From assembly GCA_034722055.1 (NCBI GenBank), contig JAYENL010000128.1:1-21827 (forward strand): a DNA stretch of 21,827 nucleotides, written 5' to 3'. The notes under the pieces are model-generated. The model was not told where the DNA came from and made no database searches. It saw only the letters and a list, made by a program, of their open reading frames with translations. The DNA comes from Armatimonadota bacterium. Lineage in GTDB: Bacteria; Armatimonadota; Zipacnadia; Zipacnadales; UBA5352. Of this stretch, positions 17,901 through 21,827 are shown one piece after another; position 1 is the first letter of the stretch, and each line of letters starts with the position of its first letter. The translations under genes and the position numbers were made by a program.

Positions 17901-19157
17901 TCAGGCGCCGTCGAGCAGATCGTGATAGACGGCGATGAGAGCCCGAGCGGCGCTGGTAGCGTCGAAGGCGCGGGTGGGATCGGGGCGCTGGGCGTCTTGC
18001 TGCCGAGAGCCGTGCGTGGGCGTGGCCCAGCTCTCCCCGAGGTCGTAGAAGTCCCTGGACACCAGGAAGGGCGAGCCCTCCGGGGTCCCGACGGTCTCGC
18101 CGCCCGGCTCCATGCGTGCTGCGGTGGCCTGGAGCTGGCAGATGATCCCCTCGCCGAGCGCAGCGGCGCCATCCGCAGGGGCGATGGTGACCTCAGGCGC
18201 ATCAGGCAGCATCTCATGCACCTCACCATCCTCGAGGGCGACGACGCCGACGCCGTGGGAGAGCGCCTGGAGTGCCAGCATGCCCGAAGGCCAGCCCGGC
18301 TGAGGGATCACGAGCACGTTGAGGGCGGAGATGGCGGCGTTGAAGCGCTCGCCGGGATTCACGAAGGCAGTGGCTCCCATCAGGCCGCGTTCATGGGCGA
18401 GGTCATGATAGCGGGCGCGGTCAACGTCGGAGCCGATGAGCACGAACTCCAGACTGGGATACTCCATGCAGACATGTGCGGCGGCGTCAAGGAAGCTCAC
18501 TACCTGAGCGAAGGCCGTTGAGTCCGCGACACAGCCGACAATCGCGGCGGCGGAGGTCATCCCCAGGAGCTGTCGGCGCTGGCCGAGGTCCAGCGAGTCC
18601 GCCGGGCCAGCGCGAGAGATCCCGTAGGGCACGATCTCGGCGCGGTCGGCAGCGGCTTCGTCAATGACGGAGAGCTGGGCCTGCTGCGTCTCAGTGGGCA
18701 CGACCAGGGCGTCGCACCGTCGGAGGATCCAGCGATAGGCCTGCTTGCGCAGGCCGACGCGGGGATCATCGCGCAGCAGATGCGGGAGGAAGTGCGGTGA
18801 GCAGACCACAGGGGTGGGGCGGGGGAGTGCCCGGGCGGCCAGAATGGCTCCGAGGGCGGGGCGGAAGCCATGGGCGTGCATGAGCATGGGTGATTCGGCG
18901 CGGAGGGACTCGGCCAGGGTGCGGGCATCGGTCCACCGGGCACGGATGGAGGTTCCGGAGGGTTCCGGGGCCTGCTGGGACGGCACCCCGGCGGCCGAGA
19001 GCCTGCGACGGAACCGCCTGTGGAGCGGCGCCAGGACCCGGACCTCGTAGGCCCAGGAGCGGAGCACCGCGGTCAGCGCGGCCACTTCCTCCTCCGCGGG
19101 CGGTGATGCGGTGCCGATAACCTGGACGATCTCCTGTCCGTCAGCATGCACTGCCAC
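17901..19157 (-). CDS. GT4-family (GT-B fold) glycosyltransferase-like protein with degenerate catalytic motifs
   Basis: LMHAHGFRP, PVVCSPH, CDALVVPT, IVPYGI, RRQLLG, FVLIG and VLVIP...ALQALSHGVGVVA follow the GT4 layout; the GTG start is uncertain. Confidence 0.8.
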   Translation of the reverse strand: MAVHADGQEIVQVIGTASPPAEEEVAALTAVLRSWAYEVRVLAPLHRRFRRRLSAAGVPSQQAPEPSGTSIRARWTDARTLAESLRAESPMLMHAHGFRPALGAILAARALPRPTPVVCSPHFLPHLLRDDPRVGLRKQAYRWILRRCDALVVPTETQQAQLSVIDEAAADRAEIVPYGISRAGPADSLDLGQRRQLLGMTSAAAIVGCVADSTAFAQVVSFLDAAAHVCMEYPSLEFVLIGSDVDRARYHDLAHERGLMGATAFVNPGERFNAAISALNVLVIPQPGWPSGMLALQALSHGVGVVALEDGEVHEMLPDAPEVTIAPADGAAALGEGIICQLQATAARMEPGGETVGTPEGSPFLVSRDFYDLGESWATPTHGSRQQDAQRPDPTRAFDATSAARALIAVYHDLLDGA

Positions 19158-19230
19158 TGAACGATGGAGCCTCGCTGGTCAGGCGTTCACACAGTTGGCT
19201 CGTCACTCGCGCCATCGGGAGTCGTGACAC

Positions 19231-19259
19231 CTTATACCACACGGTGACCCGGAAGGCAA
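19231..19259 (-). promoter_or_regulatory. Candidate sigma70 promoter for the GT4-like gene
   Basis: Minus strand TTGCCT (19254-19259), 17-bp spacer ending in TGg, TATAAG (19231-19236). Confidence 0.45.
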
Positions 19260-19337
19260 TGAGTGACGGGCGAGGTGGTGGGGCGGGACGGCCTGGAGAG
19301 CATCGGGCGGCGGCGCCGGCGGGGCATCGAGGATAGC

Positions 19338-19366
19338 TTGACAGAGGGAAGATAGTGGAGTATATT
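19338..19366 (+). promoter_or_regulatory. Near-consensus sigma70 promoter for rrf2-cooS
   Basis: TTGACA (19338-19343), 17-bp spacer, TATATT (19361-19366). Confidence 0.85.
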
Positions 19367-19376
19367 AGTCCAGAAT
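19352..19376. promoter_or_regulatory. Putative Rrf2-family operator (IscR type-1-like imperfect palindrome) overlapping the -10 box
   Basis: ATAGTGGAGTATATTAGTCCAGAAT matches 21/25 positions of the IscR type-1 consensus ATASYYGACTRWWWYAGTCRRSTAT by manual comparison; directly upstream of an Rrf2 gene. Confidence 0.7.
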
Positions 19377-19379
19377 ATC

Positions 19380-19850
19380 ATGGAGCTGATCAGGCGGAAC
19401 ACGGGCTACGGACTGCGGGCGCTGCTTCACATGGTGGCGCGCGGAGACGATGAAGTTGCAAGCGCCGAGGAGCTTGCGGATGCGGCGGACACGACCGTGG
19501 ACTTCATGCATAAGATCATGCAGTCGCTGCGTGATGGTGGGATCGTTACCAGCAAGCGAGGTCCCGGAGGCGGCTTCCGGCTGGCGCGGGAACCGGAGGA
19601 GATCGATCTGCTGGAGGTCGTGATGGCAGTGCAGGGCCCCTTTGAGGTAAATCGGTGCGTGATGGGGTTGGACGTGTGCGAGAGAGCCGAGAGCTGCCCG
19701 CTTCGGCCGACATGGGTGCGCATCCAGGAGGAGCTGGAGGAGGGGCTGCGAGGGACGAGCCTGGCGGAGATCGACGGGCTCACAGACTGTGCCAAGACGG
19801 AATCCCGGGAGGTGCCCTGCGTTCCAAACGGGGACCTATCGGCGGACTGA
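19380..19850 (+). CDS. Rrf2 family transcriptional regulator, probably Fe-S binding
   Basis: YGLRALLHM, FMHKIMQSL, SKRGPGGGFRLAREPEEIDLLEVV; three Cys in NRCVMGLDVCERAESCPL. Confidence 0.95.
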   Translation: MELIRRNTGYGLRALLHMVARGDDEVASAEELADAADTTVDFMHKIMQSLRDGGIVTSKRGPGGGFRLAREPEEIDLLEVVMAVQGPFEVNRCVMGLDVCERAESCPLRPTWVRIQEELEEGLRGTSLAEIDGLTDCAKTESREVPCVPNGDLSAD

Positions 19851-19970
19851 ACGATTGACAGCCTGGACAAGGGGAACGTGTTGGGGCAGCGGACCGCCAG
19901 GAGTATGTGACAAGCGACCGAGCGTCGTGCCCGGGGTGGTGTACCTATCATCGTGGAGGAGCGGAATGAG

Positions 19971-21827
19971 ATGCCAGATCCAGTCAGTCAACATGCGTCA
20001 GTGAACGAGCAGTACGCAGTAATGGCGGGAGATGGTGCAACGAACGTCAACGATCGATTCGATGCGCAGGGAAGGCGATGTCCGTTCTGCGAGCAGGGGT
20101 TGCGGTGCTCGCTGTGCAGCCAGGGCCCGTGTCAGATCAAGCCGAATGCGCCGCGCGGGGTGTGCGGCATCGATGCCGCCGGGATGGTCATGCGCAACAT
20201 GCTGCACTTGAACATCATGGGGCTGTCGGCGTACAGCCATCACACCCGAGAGGTGGCGAAGACGCTGACGGCCACGGGGAATGGGGAGACGCCGTTCGAG
20301 ATCGTGGACGAGGCCAAGCTGGATATGCTGGCCGAAGTGCTTGACATCGACGAGGCGGATGTCAGCACGCGCGCCGTCGCGGTGGGGCAGGGCATTCTGG
20401 ATTCACTGTCGCAGGGCAGCGAGGAGGAGTCCATGTGGGTGGAGGCGCTGGCGCCAGAGGGCCGCAAGGAGGTCTGGCGGGAGCTTGGGATCTTCCCTGG
20501 AGGCCCGCTGAACGAGCTGCTGGATGCCACGACCCGGAGCATGACAAATATAGACGGAGACTACATCTCGCTGGCGAAGGCCGCGCTGCGGATGGGTATC
20601 GCGACCTTCTACGGAGTGCAGGTGCCGCTGGAGATGGGCCAGGACGCGCTGTTCGGCACGCCGACTCCGCACGTGGCGCACGTGGACCTGGGGATCCTTG
20701 ACCCGGACTACGTGAATATCCTGCCGAACGGTCACGAGCCGTTCATGGGCTTCGCGCTGGTGAAGGCGGCCGAGTCCGAGGAGGTACAGCAGCGGGCGCG
20801 AGAGGCCGGGGCGAAGGGCCTGCGCATCGTGGGCTCGATTGAGACCGGGCAGGAGATGATGCAGCGACTGGAGGAGAGCGACGTCTTCATGGGGATGACC
20901 GGGAACTGGATCTGCGAGGAGTACGCCATCGCGACAGGTGGGGTGGACGTGTTCGCGATGGACATGAACTGCTCGGTGCCCTCGCTGGGCGAGATTGCGG
21001 GCCATTACGGGACGAAGCTGGTAGCGGTCTCAGACATCATCGGTGTGCCGGGGACGCACGAGCGTGTGGATTACGTGCCCGAGCAGGTTGAGAGACAGGC
21101 GCTGCGGATCATCGACATCGCCATCGAGAACTTCACGGAGCGGCAGGGGAAGGAGCAGCACGCGGTCAGCCAGGTGCAGGAGATCCTGACAGGCTTCTCA
21201 ACGGAGGCTTGCCTGGAGGCGCTTGGCGGGACGCTGGATCCGCTGCTGGAGGCCATCAAGGCCGGCGACATCCGGGGGATCGCGGCGCTGGTGAGCTGCA
21301 CGACGCTTAGGAACGGGCCGCAAGACAGCCTGACGGTGGCGGTGGCTGAGGAGCTGATAAAGCGCGACATCCTGGTGCTGTCTGCTGGCTGTGGCAATGG
21401 CGCGACGCAGGTGGCCGGGCTGAACTCGCTGGAGGCGCAGGAGCTGGCCGGCGACGGGCTGCGGGGGGTCTGCGAGACGCTGGGCATGCCGCCGGTGCTG
21501 AGCTTCGGGACCTGCACGGACTGCGGGCGGCTGGCGCTCCTGGTGGGAGCGGTGGCAGATGCGCTGGGCGTTGACACGTGTGATGTGCCGGTGGCGGTGA
21601 CGGCGCCGGAGTACATGGAGCAGAAGGCGACCATCGATGCGTTGGGGGCGCTGGCGCTGGGGCTCTACACGCACGTCTCACCGACGCCGAACATCTCGGG
21701 CTCGCCGGAGGTGGTGGAGCTGCTCACAGAGGGCCTGGAGGACCTGACGGGGGGGAAGATCGCGCTCGGCGATGACGCCATTGAGGTGGCAAAGGGCATC
21801 GCCGAGCACATGGACAGCAAGCGGGCA
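19971..21827 (+). CDS. cooS: Anaerobic carbon-monoxide dehydrogenase-fold protein (CooS; CooS-V/clade-D-like), 3' end truncated by the window edge
   Basis: Translated by hand; open frame of 619 codons from MPDPVSQHASV, after GGAGG at 19955-19959. Contains RCPFCEQGLRCSLCSQGPCQI, RGVCG, LFGTPTP, NGHEP, DMNCS, TGFSTEA, LVSCTT, SAGCGN, PPVLSFGTCTDCGR and APEYMEQKA. Confidence 0.95.
   Translation, partial: MPDPVSQHASVNEQYAVMAGDGATNVNDRFDAQGRRCPFCEQGLRCSLCSQGPCQIKPNAPRGVCGIDAAGMVMRNMLHLNIMGLSAYSHHTREVAKTLTATGNGETPFEIVDEAKLDMLAEVLDIDEADVSTRAVAVGQGILDSLSQGSEEESMWVEALAPEGRKEVWRELGIFPGGPLNELLDATTRSMTNIDGDYISLAKAALRMGIATFYGVQVPLEMGQDALFGTPTPHVAHVDLGILDPDYVNILPNGHEPFMGFALVKAAESEEVQQRAREAGAKGLRIVGSIETGQEMMQRLEESDVFMGMTGNWICEEYAIATGGVDVFAMDMNCSVPSLGEIAGHYGTKLVAVSDIIGVPGTHERVDYVPEQVERQALRIIDIAIENFTERQGKEQHAVSQVQEILTGFSTEACLEALGGTLDPLLEAIKAGDIRGIAALVSCTTLRNGPQDSLTVAVAEELIKRDILVLSAGCGNGATQVAGLNSLEAQELAGDGLRGVCETLGMPPVLSFGTCTDCGRLALLVGAVADALGVDTCDVPVAVTAPEYMEQKATIDALGALALGLYTHVSPTPNISGSPEVVELLTEGLEDLTGGKIALGDDAIEVAKGIAEHMDSKRA

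Noticed and set aside
19855..19915. Internal promoter or FNR/CRP/CooA site upstream of cooS (TTGACA at 19855; a TGTGA half-site)
   Set aside because: No -10 box at proper spacing and no matching second half-site

Overview
High-GC bacterial chromosomal region that is mostly housekeeping. The gene order looks Terrabacteria-like (Armatimonadota or a high-GC Firmicute is a guess, not established). The left edge holds an 84-bp tandem repeat carrying a GTGG-tagged REP-like palindrome. Next come minus-strand genes for an Aquifex-type putative aconitase and an alpha/beta hydrolase, two small membrane proteins, and the conserved TIGR03960 radical SAM / TIGR03936 / RNase E/G cluster. The plus strand then carries a small secreted protein, a flavin reductase-like protein, a KdgK-like PfkB kinase, rpsB-tsf-pyrH-frr-(small PASTA-like)-uppS, a secreted hypothetical protein and an Fe-containing alcohol dehydrogenase. 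A GT4-fold protein lacking its catalytic motifs lies on the minus strand. At the right end is the most interesting module: an Rrf2 regulator with a near-consensus promoter overlapped by an IscR-like operator. It is followed by a CO-dehydrogenase-fold (CooS) gene, absent from the ORF track because it runs off the window, whose active-site substitutions point to a non-CO-oxidising CooS-V/clade-D-like enzyme. No CRISPR, rRNA, tRNA or transposase was seen.
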